Assembly: GCA_015055665.1 (NCBI GenBank)
Contig: SVHX01000002.1
Span: forward strand, 14,326 to 78,325
DNA length: 64,000 nt
Direction of reading: 5' to 3'
Source of the DNA: Clostridiales bacterium
Lineage (GTDB): Bacteria; Bacillota; Clostridia; Christensenellales; UBA1242
The notes under the pieces are model-generated. The model was not told where the DNA came from. It ran no database searches and worked only from the letters and a program-made list of their open reading frames with translations. This document shows positions 1-10,178 of the stretch, piece after piece. The number at the start of each line of letters is the position of its first letter. Positions within the stretch are counted from its first letter, which is position 1. The position numbers and the translations under genes are program-made.

Positions 1-1467
1 GCAACTGCTAATAATGGAACAACTGCAACTGCTAAGCTTACAATCAAGGTTAGTCCTAACACAGCATACAGTCCATATATCTACAATCTAGGACAACTTA
101 ATGCTGTTAGATATAACCTAGACAAGGAATACTTCCTTGCAGCAGACATTAATGTAGGTGACTGGACTCCTATTACTGGATTCACAGGATCGCTTAAATC
201 TTTGGCTAATGGAAATACTTATTACAAATTGACCAATGTCAAGGTAAACGCTGGTAATGGTAATGCGGGATTATTCGCTACTCTAACTAATAGAGCTAAA
301 GTGGAGAATTTAATTATTGAGAATTCTTCGTTTGTTGGCAATAATTCTGGTGCTATTGCAGGATGTATAACAGGTGATACTAATATCATTAATTGTAAGG
401 TTAGCAATACAGCTGTTACCGGTAATGTAAATGCTGGTGGTTTAGTGGGTTTATGTATTACTAATGGTATATTAATGCGTAACACACTTGTTAACAATAC
501 AATTACTGCTAAGGCAAACAATGGTAATGCCGGTGGTATTATAGGTGATGCAACAGAGGCATATATTAATAATTGCTCGATAACTGGTGGCAGTGTTCAA
601 GCTACTGGTCGTGGGGGCAAGGCTGGTGGAATCATTGGTGATTCTAAGAACTCTCTAGTTTCTAACAAAACAACAATCTCTAATGTGTCTGTATCCTCTA
701 GTACTAATGATGGCGGTTACGCTGGTGGTGTAGTAGGATTTACTAATGGACATGGTTGCACTGCATTTGAGCAAAGTATCGAGACTACTATAGTGTCAGG
801 TTGTACAGTAAGTGGTTACTATGCTGGTGGTATCGGTGGAGCAATTACTTCTTCACAGAGCATTAGCTTGACATTTAGTAATTACAAGAACGGATTTAGA
901 GCAGAAGATCTATCTTCTATTAGTTACAAGGCTAATATTACGAGGGTAGCTGTTAAGTCTGGCACTGTTAAGGGTGTTATGATTGGCGGACTATTTGGTG
1001 AGATTAGATCTGGTGTAGTAGAGAACTGTTACACAAGAGTTCAATTATACGGAACTGATGGCAAAAGCATCAAGGGTGGATTCGCATCTACAATCCAAGC
1101 TAGCTCGGTATTTAATAACAATGGCGGAACTGGCACTGTTGGACTTGTTAGATACTGCTACTCGGCTTGTACATTTGCTGGATCTGGGGATGCTTATGCA
1201 ATTACTTCATCTCTAGTACATAACTACGGTGCAGCTAATAACGGAGCTGGTCGTGCTGGATATGTTATGAATTATCTATTTGATGATGATATCGATGGCG
1301 ATGCAACATATCATGATGGAAGTAACATCTTCTCTTCTGACAAAGTTCAGGCTCGTAAGAGCACTAGTGACATGAAGAAGGCTTCTACATATTCGGATAA
1401 GGGCTTCTCAAGCACTACCTGGAAATTGACAGATGGCAACTACATGACACTTAAGTTCGAAGGTTAA
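1..1467 (+). CDS. Large surface protein, C-terminal part (Ig-like segment followed by GLUG/GGxxG beta-helix repeats); 5' truncated by the window
   Basis: Frame is open from base 1 (ATANNGTTATAKLTIKVSPN...). Repeated AGG(L/I/V)(V/I)G motifs; C-terminal GF..TWKLTDGNY typical of GLUG proteins. Confidence 0.75.
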   Translation, partial: ATANNGTTATAKLTIKVSPNTAYSPYIYNLGQLNAVRYNLDKEYFLAADINVGDWTPITGFTGSLKSLANGNTYYKLTNVKVNAGNGNAGLFATLTNRAKVENLIIENSSFVGNNSGAIAGCITGDTNIINCKVSNTAVTGNVNAGGLVGLCITNGILMRNTLVNNTITAKANNGNAGGIIGDATEAYINNCSITGGSVQATGRGGKAGGIIGDSKNSLVSNKTTISNVSVSSSTNDGGYAGGVVGFTNGHGCTAFEQSIETTIVSGCTVSGYYAGGIGGAITSSQSISLTFSNYKNGFRAEDLSSISYKANITRVAVKSGTVKGVMIGGLFGEIRSGVVENCYTRVQLYGTDGKSIKGGFASTIQASSVFNNNGGTGTVGLVRYCYSACTFAGSGDAYAITSSLVHNYGAANNGAGRAGYVMNYLFDDDIDGDATYHDGSNIFSSDKVQARKSTSDMKKASTYSDKGFSSTTWKLTDGNYMTLKFEG

Positions 1468-1470
1468 TAT

Positions 1471-1513
1471 AACAAAAAACTCTCAGGAAATTATCTCTGA
1501 GAGTTTTTTTGTT
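1471..1513. terminator. Bidirectional intrinsic terminator
   Basis: aacaaaaaactctcag / ctgagagtttttttgtt inverted repeat between convergent genes. Confidence 0.8.
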
Positions 1514-1601
1514 ATATTAATTTGTTATATCAAATAGACCTTAAAAAAATCATAGATATTAGTCCGTTAGGCAATGTCTATGATTCTTCTGCTATGAAAA
1601 A

Positions 1602-1871
1602 TTAAGCATTAGCAGATTTTTCTTCTTCGTATTTAGCAAGTACTAATCTGCTGATCTCTTCTCTAGTAGGAGTATTGATTGGATGAGCGATATCTTTGCT
1701 TTCGCCATCTGCAGACTTTCTGCTAGGCATTCTTACATAGTTGCCTTGGTTGCCTTCTAACACTTTGATGTCGTGTACAACGAAGCAATCTTCAATTGTA
1801 ATGGATGCTACTGCTTTTAGCTTGCTGTCTTCGTTTTGGAGCAAACGAATTCTTACATCAGTAATTTTCAA
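1602..1871 (-). CDS. spoVG: Septation regulator SpoVG
   Basis: MKITDVRIR...KLKAVASITIEDCFVVHDIKV.EG..G.YV.MPSRK...DIAHPIN signature. Confidence 0.95.
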   Translation of the reverse strand: MKITDVRIRLLQNEDSKLKAVASITIEDCFVVHDIKVLEGNQGNYVRMPSRKSADGESKDIAHPINTPTREEISRLVLAKYEEEKSANA

Positions 1872-1978
1872 TAGTCTATACCTTTCCCTTTTTCATATTA
1901 GCATATTTTGCTACTTTCATTTTAACATGAAACATACGCTTTTTACAACTTTTTTGATTTACTTTCATATAAAATATT

Positions 1979-3301
1979 ATGAAAAATTTGCATATTTTAC
2001 ACCAAAAGCGTGTTTATTTTATTGGTATTGGCGGAATTAGTATGTCGGGGCTAGCAAAACTTGCTATTGCAAGAGGGGCAATTGTTAGCGGAAGCGATAT
2101 GTCAAGTAGCCCTGTGACCGAAGAACTTGAGGGGATGGGGGCGATTATTCATGTAGGGCATGAGGCTAGCAATATCACCAGTGACATTGATCTAGTGGTA
2201 TATACTCTTGCCATATCTTCGGACAATCCAGAATTGCTTAGGGCGAGAGAGCTTGGCTTGCCGGTAATGGAGCGGGCGGAGATGCTAGGACATATATCCC
2301 GCGAATACGAGCGAGTTGTGGCTATTGCAGGTACTCATGGCAAGACAACTACAACAGCTATGCTTGGTCTTATATGTGTTAGTGCAGGTCTTAATCCTAC
2401 AATTCATCTGGGCGGTAATAGCAAGGCTCTAGGAGGCAACACCATACTTGGTGATAATAAGTATCTAATTGTAGAGGCGTGCGAGTACAAAGAAAGTTTC
2501 CGTTTCCTTAGCCCAGACATTGGGCTTGTTACCAATGTTGAGCTTGATCATGTAGATTATTACAAAAATATCCGAGAGATAACCGAGGCTTTCTCTCGAT
2601 TTGTAACAAGATCGCATATATCTATCTGTAGGCAAGACGATGGCATTGGTGGTAGCAGTACTATCTTATTAGGGCATGACTGGAAACTGGGGCGGGTGGA
2701 ATTTGTCTATAACGGCTACAATTTCGTGGTGTATCATAAGGGTAAAGTCTATGGAGAGTTTAGGCTCAATGTTCTGGGACTACATAACGTTGATAACGCA
2801 TTGTGTGCAATAGCTTGTGCCTATGAGTTAGGAATTGCTAAAGATATAATTGCTCAAGCCATAAGCGACTTTGATGGCGTAGACAGAAGATACGAGTGTA
2901 TACATACATTTTCTACCGGTTGCAGATTAATTATTGATTATGCACATCATCCAACCGAGTTAAAACGCAGTATTGAGGGCATAAACGGCGTTTATCCTCG
3001 CACGCTATATATTTTTCAGCCACACACGTATTCGCGGACTCTTGCGTTATTTGACGACTTTGTTAAGGTGCTTAGTAGTGTGGAGCATCTTATATTATAT
3101 GCAACCTATCCTGCTCGCGAAAAAGAACTGGCTGGAGGTACGGCTAGAGATCTAGCGGAAGCGTTGGGAGAACGTGTAATTTATTGCGAAAATAAAGATG
3201 ATATATTAGAGCAAATTAGCCAAAATAATATGGATTTTGATTGTATTCTTGTGCTTGGTGCTGGTAATTTGGCAGAAATATTAAAGAGAAATCATTTTTA
3301 A
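1979..3301 (+). CDS. murC: UDP-N-acetylmuramate--L-alanine ligase
   Basis: FIGIGGISMSGLA, AGTHGKTTT, EACEY, DYAHHPTE, FQPHTYSRT motifs. Confidence 0.95.
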   Translation: MKNLHILHQKRVYFIGIGGISMSGLAKLAIARGAIVSGSDMSSSPVTEELEGMGAIIHVGHEASNITSDIDLVVYTLAISSDNPELLRARELGLPVMERAEMLGHISREYERVVAIAGTHGKTTTTAMLGLICVSAGLNPTIHLGGNSKALGGNTILGDNKYLIVEACEYKESFRFLSPDIGLVTNVELDHVDYYKNIREITEAFSRFVTRSHISICRQDDGIGGSSTILLGHDWKLGRVEFVYNGYNFVVYHKGKVYGEFRLNVLGLHNVDNALCAIACAYELGIAKDIIAQAISDFDGVDRRYECIHTFSTGCRLIIDYAHHPTELKRSIEGINGVYPRTLYIFQPHTYSRTLALFDDFVKVLSSVEHLILYATYPAREKELAGGTARDLAEALGERVIYCENKDDILEQISQNNMDFDCILVLGAGNLAEILKRNHF

Positions 3302-3387
3302 TAATAAATTATTGCTAAAAGTCTTGACAAATTGTGAAAAGTCATATAAAATATAAAAGCATTAATTTATTAAAAGAGGTGAGTATT

Positions 3388-3594
3388 ATGAAACAAGGCA
3401 TACATCCAGATTATCACGAAGTGGAAGTTGTTTGTGTTTGTGGCTCTAAGTTTAAAACAAAGTCTACAGTTAAAGGCGATACAGTAAAAATTGATGTGTG
3501 TGATAAATGTCACCCATTCTTTACTGGTAAGCAAAAACTTGTTGACACTGCTGGTAGAGTAGAGAAATTCAAGAAAAAACACAATCTAGACTAA
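3388..3594 (+). CDS. rpmE: 50S ribosomal protein L31 (Zn-binding type)
   Basis: [13 protein letters not shown]...[13 protein letters not shown]; start moved to the ATG after RBS gaggtg. Confidence 0.95.
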   Translation: MKQGIHPDYHEVEVVCVCGSKFKTKSTVKGDTVKIDVCDKCHPFFTGKQKLVDTAGRVEKFKKKHNLD

Positions 3595-3660
3595 TTGAAA
3601 TCTTAGTAGGCAGGGGTAATTTTTCCTTGCCTATTTTTATTGTTTGTGGAGAGATTGTTT

Positions 3661-4503
3661 TTGGGAAGAATAGAAATATTAAAATGGGCAAAAGATCTTC
3701 TGGGACAGGCTAATGTTCCGGATATAGATGCTAGTGCTGAGCTAATACTAGCTCATATATTGGGAGTGTCAAGAGGTGCTTTGCGTGTAGTGGATATCCT
3801 AACGCCAGAGCAGGAGGCGGTATATATAGAGTTAATTGCTCGTAGGTGCAATCGAGAGCCATTAGATAAGATACTTGGCAATACAGAGTTTATGGGGTTA
3901 AGTATTAGATATAGCGATAATGTGTTGACGCCTAGGCAAGAAACAGAAATCCTTGCCGACAAGATAATTGCCATAATTAACTCGGCTCCTAGCACAAATT
4001 GTCGAGTATTAGATATCTGTTGTGGGAGCGGGTGCATAGGATTATCTATTGCTCGCAATACCGGTGCAAGAGTGACTCTATCAGATATTAGTGAGCTAGC
4101 TCTATTGGAAGTTCGTGCTAATATGGAAGCTAATAATATTGGCAACGACAAGATTGAGATTGTTAGGAGTGATATGTTTAATAATATCACTGGTGAGTAC
4201 GATATAATTGTTAGTAATCCGCCATATTTAAGGACAGATGAGATGCTTAATCTTGAGCCTGAGGTTAAGGACTACGATCCAAGTATATCGCTTGATGGTG
4301 GTGTTGATGGTCTTGAGTTTTATAGAATAATAGCAGACAATTGTAGTCAATATCTAGCTATTGGTGGCAGGATGTATCTTGAGATAGGTATGGGGCAGCA
4401 CGAGGATGTAATTAAGCTCCTAGAGCCGTATTTTGAGAGGGTTGTCGCAGAGAAAGACTATGCGGGTATATATAGATTTATAATAGCGGAGAATAGAAGG
4501 TAA
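3661..4503 (+). CDS. prmC: Release factor glutamine methyltransferase
   Basis: VLTPRQETE, LDICCGSGCI, SNPPY, LDGGVDGL; upstream of prfA; exact start uncertain (3640 or 3661). Confidence 0.92.
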   Translation: MGRIEILKWAKDLLGQANVPDIDASAELILAHILGVSRGALRVVDILTPEQEAVYIELIARRCNREPLDKILGNTEFMGLSIRYSDNVLTPRQETEILADKIIAIINSAPSTNCRVLDICCGSGCIGLSIARNTGARVTLSDISELALLEVRANMEANNIGNDKIEIVRSDMFNNITGEYDIIVSNPPYLRTDEMLNLEPEVKDYDPSISLDGGVDGLEFYRIIADNCSQYLAIGGRMYLEIGMGQHEDVIKLLEPYFERVVAEKDYAGIYRFIIAENRR

Positions 4504-4504
4504 G

Positions 4505-5575
4505 ATGTTAAAAAAGATTAGATTTTTGAAAGAGAAGTTCCTCGAGATTGAGAAGGAAATGCTTAAGCCAGAGAATATAGCTAATAGCAAGAAGTATACA
4601 GAGCTTTGCAAGGAGTACAACGAGCTAGAGCCTATTAGTCTTAAGTATGATGAGTATAGCAAAGTTCAGAGTACAATAGATGCTGATACCGAGCTTCTTG
4701 CGGTAGAAACAGACAACGAGATGCGTAGTATGCTTAATGACGAGATTGAGTCTTGCAAGACAAGGATGAGCGAGCTTGATGAGGAGATTAAGTTGTTATT
4801 GTTGCCTAAAGACGATAATGATGATCGAAACGTTATCATAGAGATTAGATCGGGTGCTGGTGGCGAAGAAGCGAGCCTATTTGGCGGAGTTCTTATGCGT
4901 ATGTACACTATGTATGCAGACGGCAAACGTTGGAAGACGGAAGTACTTTCGATCAACGATACTGAGCTAGGCGGCGTTAAGGAAGCAACAATTCGTATCT
5001 CTGGTAAGGGAGCTTATAGTAAGTTTAAATACGAAAGTGGCGTGCATAGAGTTCAGCGTGTTCCAGAGACAGAGAGTTCAGGAAGAATTCATACCAGTAC
5101 TGCTACTGTTGCGGTGTTGCCAGAACACGAAGAAGTTGATGTAGAAATCAACGAAAAGGACCTTAATATTGACGTGTATCGTAGTGGCGGAGCTGGTGGA
5201 CAGCACGTTAATACAACAGATAGTGCAGTGCGTATTACTCACCTTCCTACAGGTATTGTGGTTGCGTGTCAAGACGAGAGATCGCAGATTAAGAATAGGG
5301 AGAAGGCAATGTCTATCCTTAAGAGCAAGCTCTACGATTATTACCAGATGCAGATTGATGAAGAGTATGCTAATAACCGCCGTAGTCAGGTAGGAACTGG
5401 CGATAGATCAGAGCGAATTAGGACATATAACTATCCACAAGGACGTATTAGTGACCATCGTATCAATTATACTGCGTACAACCTTGACGCCTTTGTAAAC
5501 GGCGACCTTGATGATCTAATAGCTAGTCTATCGGTTGCTGAGAAGAAAGAGAAGTTAGAAAGGATTACACTCTAA
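4505..5575 (+). CDS. prfA: Peptide chain release factor 1
   Basis: ESGVHRVQRVPET, GAGGQHVN, RIRTYNYPQ. Confidence 0.97.
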   Translation: MLKKIRFLKEKFLEIEKEMLKPENIANSKKYTELCKEYNELEPISLKYDEYSKVQSTIDADTELLAVETDNEMRSMLNDEIESCKTRMSELDEEIKLLLLPKDDNDDRNVIIEIRSGAGGEEASLFGGVLMRMYTMYADGKRWKTEVLSINDTELGGVKEATIRISGKGAYSKFKYESGVHRVQRVPETESSGRIHTSTATVAVLPEHEEVDVEINEKDLNIDVYRSGGAGGQHVNTTDSAVRITHLPTGIVVACQDERSQIKNREKAMSILKSKLYDYYQMQIDEEYANNRRSQVGTGDRSERIRTYNYPQGRISDHRINYTAYNLDAFVNGDLDDLIASLSVAEKKEKLERITL

Positions 5576-5602
5576 TATCTCTAAACATAAGGAGAACAAA
5601 TT

Positions 5603-6601
5603 ATGGAAAAAAAGACAATGTATACAGCAATTAAGCCAACAGGAATATTAACTCTTGGCGGATATATAGGTGTTGCACAAACTCTCAAAGAACAGACAGA
5701 ACTATATAATAGCTATATCTGTATTGCTGATCTTCATGCTTTAACTATTAATATGCCAGCACAAGAACTTACAGATAATACATATAAGCTGGTTGCGTTC
5801 TATCTAGCACTTGGATTAGACCCAGATAAGTGTACGCTCTATGTTCAGAGTCAAGTAGATGCTCATAGCCGAATTGCGTGGGTGCTTAATAACTTCACAA
5901 TGTTTGGTGAGGCTAGTCGTATGACGCAGTTCAAAGATTATCAGAATAAGCTAAAAGAAGTTAATGTGGGTATCTTTGATTATCCTGTGCTTATGGCAGG
6001 AGATATTCTATTATTCGATACTGAGATTGTGCCTGTTGGAATTGACCAGAAACAACACGTAGAGCTATGTAGGAATATTGCAATTAGATTCAACCATAAG
6101 GTTGGCGAAACATTTAAAATACCAGAGCCAGTTGTTCGTAAGTCTGGATATAAGATATGTGGATTGCAAGAGCCAACTAAGAAGATGTCTAAGTCTGATA
6201 GAGCTGATACAGGCTCAATATTTATAGAAGATACCGAGGATGAGATTCGCAAGAAGATTAAGCGTGCGGTTACAGATAGCGAGAGCAAAGTGTATTTTGA
6301 CCCAGAGAATAAGCCTGGAGTAAGCAACTTACTGACTATATATGCTTGTCTTAATAGGATGACAATTGAAGAGGCTGTAGAGCATTTTAAGGAGGCTAAC
6401 TACGGTACTCTAAAGAGTGAGGTGGCGGATACTGTAGTTAATACACTAGCCCCAGTTCAGGCTAAGTACTACGAGTATTTAAGCAATAGAGAATATTTAG
6501 ATCAAGTTCTTGCAATAGGTAGGGCTAAAGCGGAGAAGGTTGCCAGTGCTAAGGTAGATGAGGTTTATGCCAAACTTGGATTGGTTTTACCAAGGAAATA
6601 A
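5603..6601 (+). CDS. trpS: Tryptophan--tRNA ligase
   Basis: IKPTG.LTLGGYIG, YPVLMAGDILL, VPVG.DQKQH, KMSKS. Confidence 0.95.
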   Translation: MEKKTMYTAIKPTGILTLGGYIGVAQTLKEQTELYNSYICIADLHALTINMPAQELTDNTYKLVAFYLALGLDPDKCTLYVQSQVDAHSRIAWVLNNFTMFGEASRMTQFKDYQNKLKEVNVGIFDYPVLMAGDILLFDTEIVPVGIDQKQHVELCRNIAIRFNHKVGETFKIPEPVVRKSGYKICGLQEPTKKMSKSDRADTGSIFIEDTEDEIRKKIKRAVTDSESKVYFDPENKPGVSNLLTIYACLNRMTIEEAVEHFKEANYGTLKSEVADTVVNTLAPVQAKYYEYLSNREYLDQVLAIGRAKAEKVASAKVDEVYAKLGLVLPRK

Positions 6602-6604
6602 CAT

Positions 6605-6638
6605 AAAATACTACAAGGTTATACTTGTAGTATTTTTT
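6605..6638 (+). terminator. Intrinsic terminator after trpS
   Basis: aaaatactacaag/cttgtagtatttt hairpin plus T-run. Confidence 0.75.
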
Positions 6639-6680
6639 AAACAAAAAACCACTGCAAAAATTCATGCAGTGGGAATATGA

Positions 6681-7091
6681 TTATCTTCTTATTAGAGGAA
6701 GTAGGCTAGTGAGAGTATTAGGTAGTTCTGCCATACTTTCTGCCATATCCATGCTAGTTCCGAAAGCAATAGCAAACATAATTATACCTAGTAATACCCC
6801 AAGAACGGTCTGAACAATGAAGGCTATTAGCCAACCCTTAATGAAAGTCTTACGCGCTACTGTACCCTCTGGAAACATAAGCAAGCCTATAACTATACCA
6901 ATAACGCCTAGGAATATAGACATTATTACGCCAATAACAGTCTTTGGTTCGTCAGCACCTTGAGCATTAGCAGAGGTGTTTGTTGTGGTATTTGTATTGG
7001 TTGCTTGGTGATTGTGGTCAAATGTGCAGCCGCAGTAAGGGCATTGAGGAGTGTCATCTGCAATTTGACTTCCGCATTGTCTGCAATACAT
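6681..7091 (-). CDS. Zinc-ribbon domain membrane protein
   Basis: MYCRQCG...CPYCG N-terminus followed by two hydrophobic segments. Confidence 0.8.
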   Translation of the reverse strand: MYCRQCGSQIADDTPQCPYCGCTFDHNHQATNTNTTTNTSANAQGADEPKTVIGVIMSIFLGVIGIVIGLLMFPEGTVARKTFIKGWLIAFIVQTVLGVLLGIIMFAIAFGTSMDMAESMAELPNTLTSLLPLIRR

Positions 7092-7199
7092 ATTTTTATC
7101 TCCTTAATGATTTTATGTCTTTAGAATATCACAAATACTACTATTGTGTCAATGTTTTGTCGACTTTTGATACAAAGTGTATTAATTATTTGAAAAATA

Positions 7200-7712
7200 T
7201 TATTTGTCTTCGATATCTAGGATTTTCTTGCGTTTAGCGGCGTATTCTTCTTCGGTAATAATGCCTTCGTTTTTCATTTGGTCTAACTTTGCAAGTTCTT
7301 CTTTTTGCTTGTCTAGAGAAGGTTTAGTGGCGAAAGCTTCTTTGGTGTTCTTCCATAACTCTTTGCTCGAGTCTACAACTGTATCCGAGAAAGATTTTTC
7401 AGTCTTTTCTGCATTGCCTTCTTCAATGTCTTTGATGTAATTGTTGATAAGTATCGAGCAAACAATAAGAGCAATCATTACAATACCGGTAGGGGCACAC
7501 ACTATACTAAGGAATATTCCCCAGCCGAACAAGCTTCTTCTGTGCTCGACAAGCTCGGTATCTGACATCTTCTCTGCTGCTTTAAATTTCTTGAATGCGA
7601 TAACTAACGGAATTGTTAGTACTAGTCCGGCTATTGTAATTCCATAAAGGACTGCCATAACAATAGACACTATCCACGCTACAAGGAAATAGGTTTTTGC
7701 GTAGTCTTTCAT
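7200..7712 (-). CDS. Membrane protein with C-terminal SHOCT domain
   Basis: Hydrophobic helices; C-terminal ELAKLDQMKNEGIITEEEYAAKRKKIL; RBS aaggag. Confidence 0.8.
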   Translation of the reverse strand: MKDYAKTYFLVAWIVSIVMAVLYGITIAGLVLTIPLVIAFKKFKAAEKMSDTELVEHRRSLFGWGIFLSIVCAPTGIVMIALIVCSILINNYIKDIEEGNAEKTEKSFSDTVVDSSKELWKNTKEAFATKPSLDKQKEELAKLDQMKNEGIITEEEYAAKRKKILDIEDK

Positions 7713-7868
7713 AAATTAGCTCCTTTTATATGTTATATTATTACTATCACTAGATTATCACATAATAACGAATTTTGTCAAGAAGTGATGGAGCTTTGTA
7801 TAAGTAAGGTGGTAACTTAATGATTTATAGTAAAATACAAGAATATTGACCTAATGTATAATATAGGA

Positions 7869-7988
7869 AGTTCAAGCAAGCAGTGCGAAGCAATATTTGA
7901 ATTGAACTGACGACAATTTCACTATTGTGTCGGCTGATTTGTCAGCCAAAGGCAATGTTAATTGCCGAATTGCGTTAGCAATGACACA
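7869..7988 (+). other. Highly structured intergenic element (hairpin plus four-way junction)
   Basis: Stems agttcaa/ttgaact, tgc-GAA-gca, tgtgtc/gacaca, ggctga/tcagcc, ggcaat-GTTA-attgcc, attgc-GTTA-gcaat. Confidence 0.6.
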
Positions 7989-8062
7989 TAATGTATACTA
8001 TGGTAACACAAAAGTTGGCAATTGCATATTAAAATATAGAAAGGTAATTTTGGGGGTGTTGG

Positions 8063-8308
8063 GTGAACTTTGGTAATGATGTATTATTAATCTTGTTATT
8101 ATCCATATTATCAGCTCCGACTGATGAAGATGGAGAGGTGGACTTTGCAACCAATACTAATTTCTTGTTGTTGTTATTACTAATATTGCAGACTAATCGT
8201 GCAGTAGATAGTGTTAATAATTCGTTGTGCAATAGTGGTTGTAATTGTGGATGTAATAGTTGCAATAGGTGCAATAGTTGTTCGGCTTGCAATAGACTAC
8301 TAGGATAA
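8063..8308 (+). CDS. Small hydrophobic protein with Cys/Asn-rich C-terminal tail (possibly spore-associated)
   Basis: GTG start after gggggtg RBS; tail LCNSGCNCGCNSCNRCNSCSACN; followed by ggggcaaaag/cttttgcccc hairpin. Confidence 0.6.
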   Translation: MNFGNDVLLILLLSILSAPTDEDGEVDFATNTNFLLLLLLILQTNRAVDSVNNSLCNSGCNCGCNSCNRCNSCSACNRLLG

Positions 8309-8449
8309 TTGGACCTAGACATTATTTGTTTGTTAAGGGGCAAAAGATTTGACTTTTGCCCCGTGGGTTGTTAAAGTATAATGTGTATCAAAAAATTATG
8401 TTTGCTATGTAGGACAAGCATATTTAAATAATATTTAAAAGGGTATGAG

Positions 8450-8737
8450 ATGAAAAAGGAAGAGATTGGAAGAGAAGATATATTATACCTAGCTCAGTTG
8501 TCAGGGTTGACGTTTGATGAGAAGGGCTTAGACACAATGGCCAGAGAGGTCGAAGGCGTACTTAATATGTTGAGTGGTTGTGCCGAGGTTGATGGCGACG
8601 AGATTAAGCCCACTAGAGTGTGTGAGCTAAATAGTCTTAGAAGTGATGAGCCAAGACAATCCATGGATCTTAATGATGTGTTTAAAGACAAGAATTGCGA
8701 GCAATCAATGTTCGTAGTACCTAAGGTGGCTGAGTAG
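8450..8737 (+). CDS. gatC: Asp/Glu-tRNA amidotransferase subunit C
   Basis: Size, LA.LS.L, LR.DE and FVVPKV motifs; first gene of gatCAB. Confidence 0.85.
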   Translation: MKKEEIGREDILYLAQLSGLTFDEKGLDTMAREVEGVLNMLSGCAEVDGDEIKPTRVCELNSLRSDEPRQSMDLNDVFKDKNCEQSMFVVPKVAE

Positions 8738-8738
8738 T

Positions 8739-10178
8739 ATGAGTATGAAGAATTTATCTGTAATAGATATTGTTAACAAAATTAAATCAAAAGAAATCTC
8801 TTGCCAAGAGATAACCCAATACTATCTTAATAACATAATTAAGTATAGAGATAAGAACGCTGTACTTGAAACATTTGATGATGCTATGGATAGGGCAAGG
8901 GAAATAGATGACATGGTTGCATCTTGTGAGCCAGATAATTTGCCTGCTCTTGTAGGTGTACCTATTCTTCTTAAAGACAATATAATGTACAAAGGTCATG
9001 TATGTTCGAGTGCAAGCAAGGCGTTAGAGAATTACGAGGCACAATACAATGCAACAGTAGTGGACAAGCTTCTTGATGCTGGTGTTGTAATCTTGGGTAG
9101 AACTAATATGGACGAGTTCGCAATGGGTGGTAGTTGTGAAAATTCTGCATTTGGCCCATGCAAAAATGCTCATGATGATGCTTGCGTTAGTGGCGGTAGT
9201 AGTGGTGGTAGTGCAGTTGCAGTAGCATTAGATATGTGTGCTTTTGCATTGGGTAGTGATACCGGTGGTAGTGTAAGACAGCCTGCATCATTTAATGGTG
9301 TTGTAGGTATTAAGCCAACTAATTATAGGGTTAGTAGATATGGGCTAATGGCGTTTGCGGGAAGTCTAGATACTGTAGGAATTTTTACAAGAAGTGTTGA
9401 AGATAATGCGTTGGTATTATCTATTATTGCTGGCAAAAGCGAAGATGATGCAACGACCATGGATGAACCTGTCGAAGATTATTTGTCTAAGATTACTGGT
9501 AATATTGCTGGCAAAAAAATAGCTATTATCAAAGAAGTGCAAGAACTTGTAAATAAAACTGAACAAGTAGGATTGTTCCAAAATGTCATAGAGTATTGTC
9601 AGAAACATGGTGCAATTGTGACAGAAAGTGTATTACCGGAATATCCAATGATATTGCCTGTATATTATACAACTGCATTTGCTGAAGTAACAACTAACAT
9701 GAATAGATATGATGGTGTTAGATTTGGTAATGCAGTGGCTAGCGAAGATTATATTGAGATGGTTAGTAAGTATAGGTCAGACCTTCTTGGATGTGAGGTT
9801 AGGCGTAGAATTATGCTAGGTAACTTTGTACTATCTAGTGAACATTACAATAGCTATTATCTTAATGCAAGGAAGATGGCAGGTATTATTAAGAGTAAGT
9901 TCTTAGATATCTTAAAAGACAATGATGTAATCTTTATGCCGACTACTTATGGTGAGGCTTTTGAGATTGGTAGTAAGACAAGCGATCCTGTAAGTATGTA
10001 TATCGAAGACATGTTTACAGTGACTGCTAATATTGTAGGCCTTCCTGCAATTAGTGTGCCTGTTGGAACTGGCAAGAGAGGATTGCCTATAGGGCTTCAG
10101 ATATTATCATCACCATTTAATGAGGGTGAGATATATAATATGGCAGACTTTGTAAGTAGGAGGTGTGACCATGAGTAA
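8739..10178 (+). CDS. gatA: Asp/Glu-tRNA amidotransferase subunit A
   Basis: Amidase signature GGSSGGSA, GSDTGGSVRQPAS, EVRRRIMLG. Confidence 0.95.
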   Translation: MSMKNLSVIDIVNKIKSKEISCQEITQYYLNNIIKYRDKNAVLETFDDAMDRAREIDDMVASCEPDNLPALVGVPILLKDNIMYKGHVCSSASKALENYEAQYNATVVDKLLDAGVVILGRTNMDEFAMGGSCENSAFGPCKNAHDDACVSGGSSGGSAVAVALDMCAFALGSDTGGSVRQPASFNGVVGIKPTNYRVSRYGLMAFAGSLDTVGIFTRSVEDNALVLSIIAGKSEDDATTMDEPVEDYLSKITGNIAGKKIAIIKEVQELVNKTEQVGLFQNVIEYCQKHGAIVTESVLPEYPMILPVYYTTAFAEVTTNMNRYDGVRFGNAVASEDYIEMVSKYRSDLLGCEVRRRIMLGNFVLSSEHYNSYYLNARKMAGIIKSKFLDILKDNDVIFMPTTYGEAFEIGSKTSDPVSMYIEDMFTVTANIVGLPAISVPVGTGKRGLPIGLQILSSPFNEGEIYNMADFVSRRCDHE

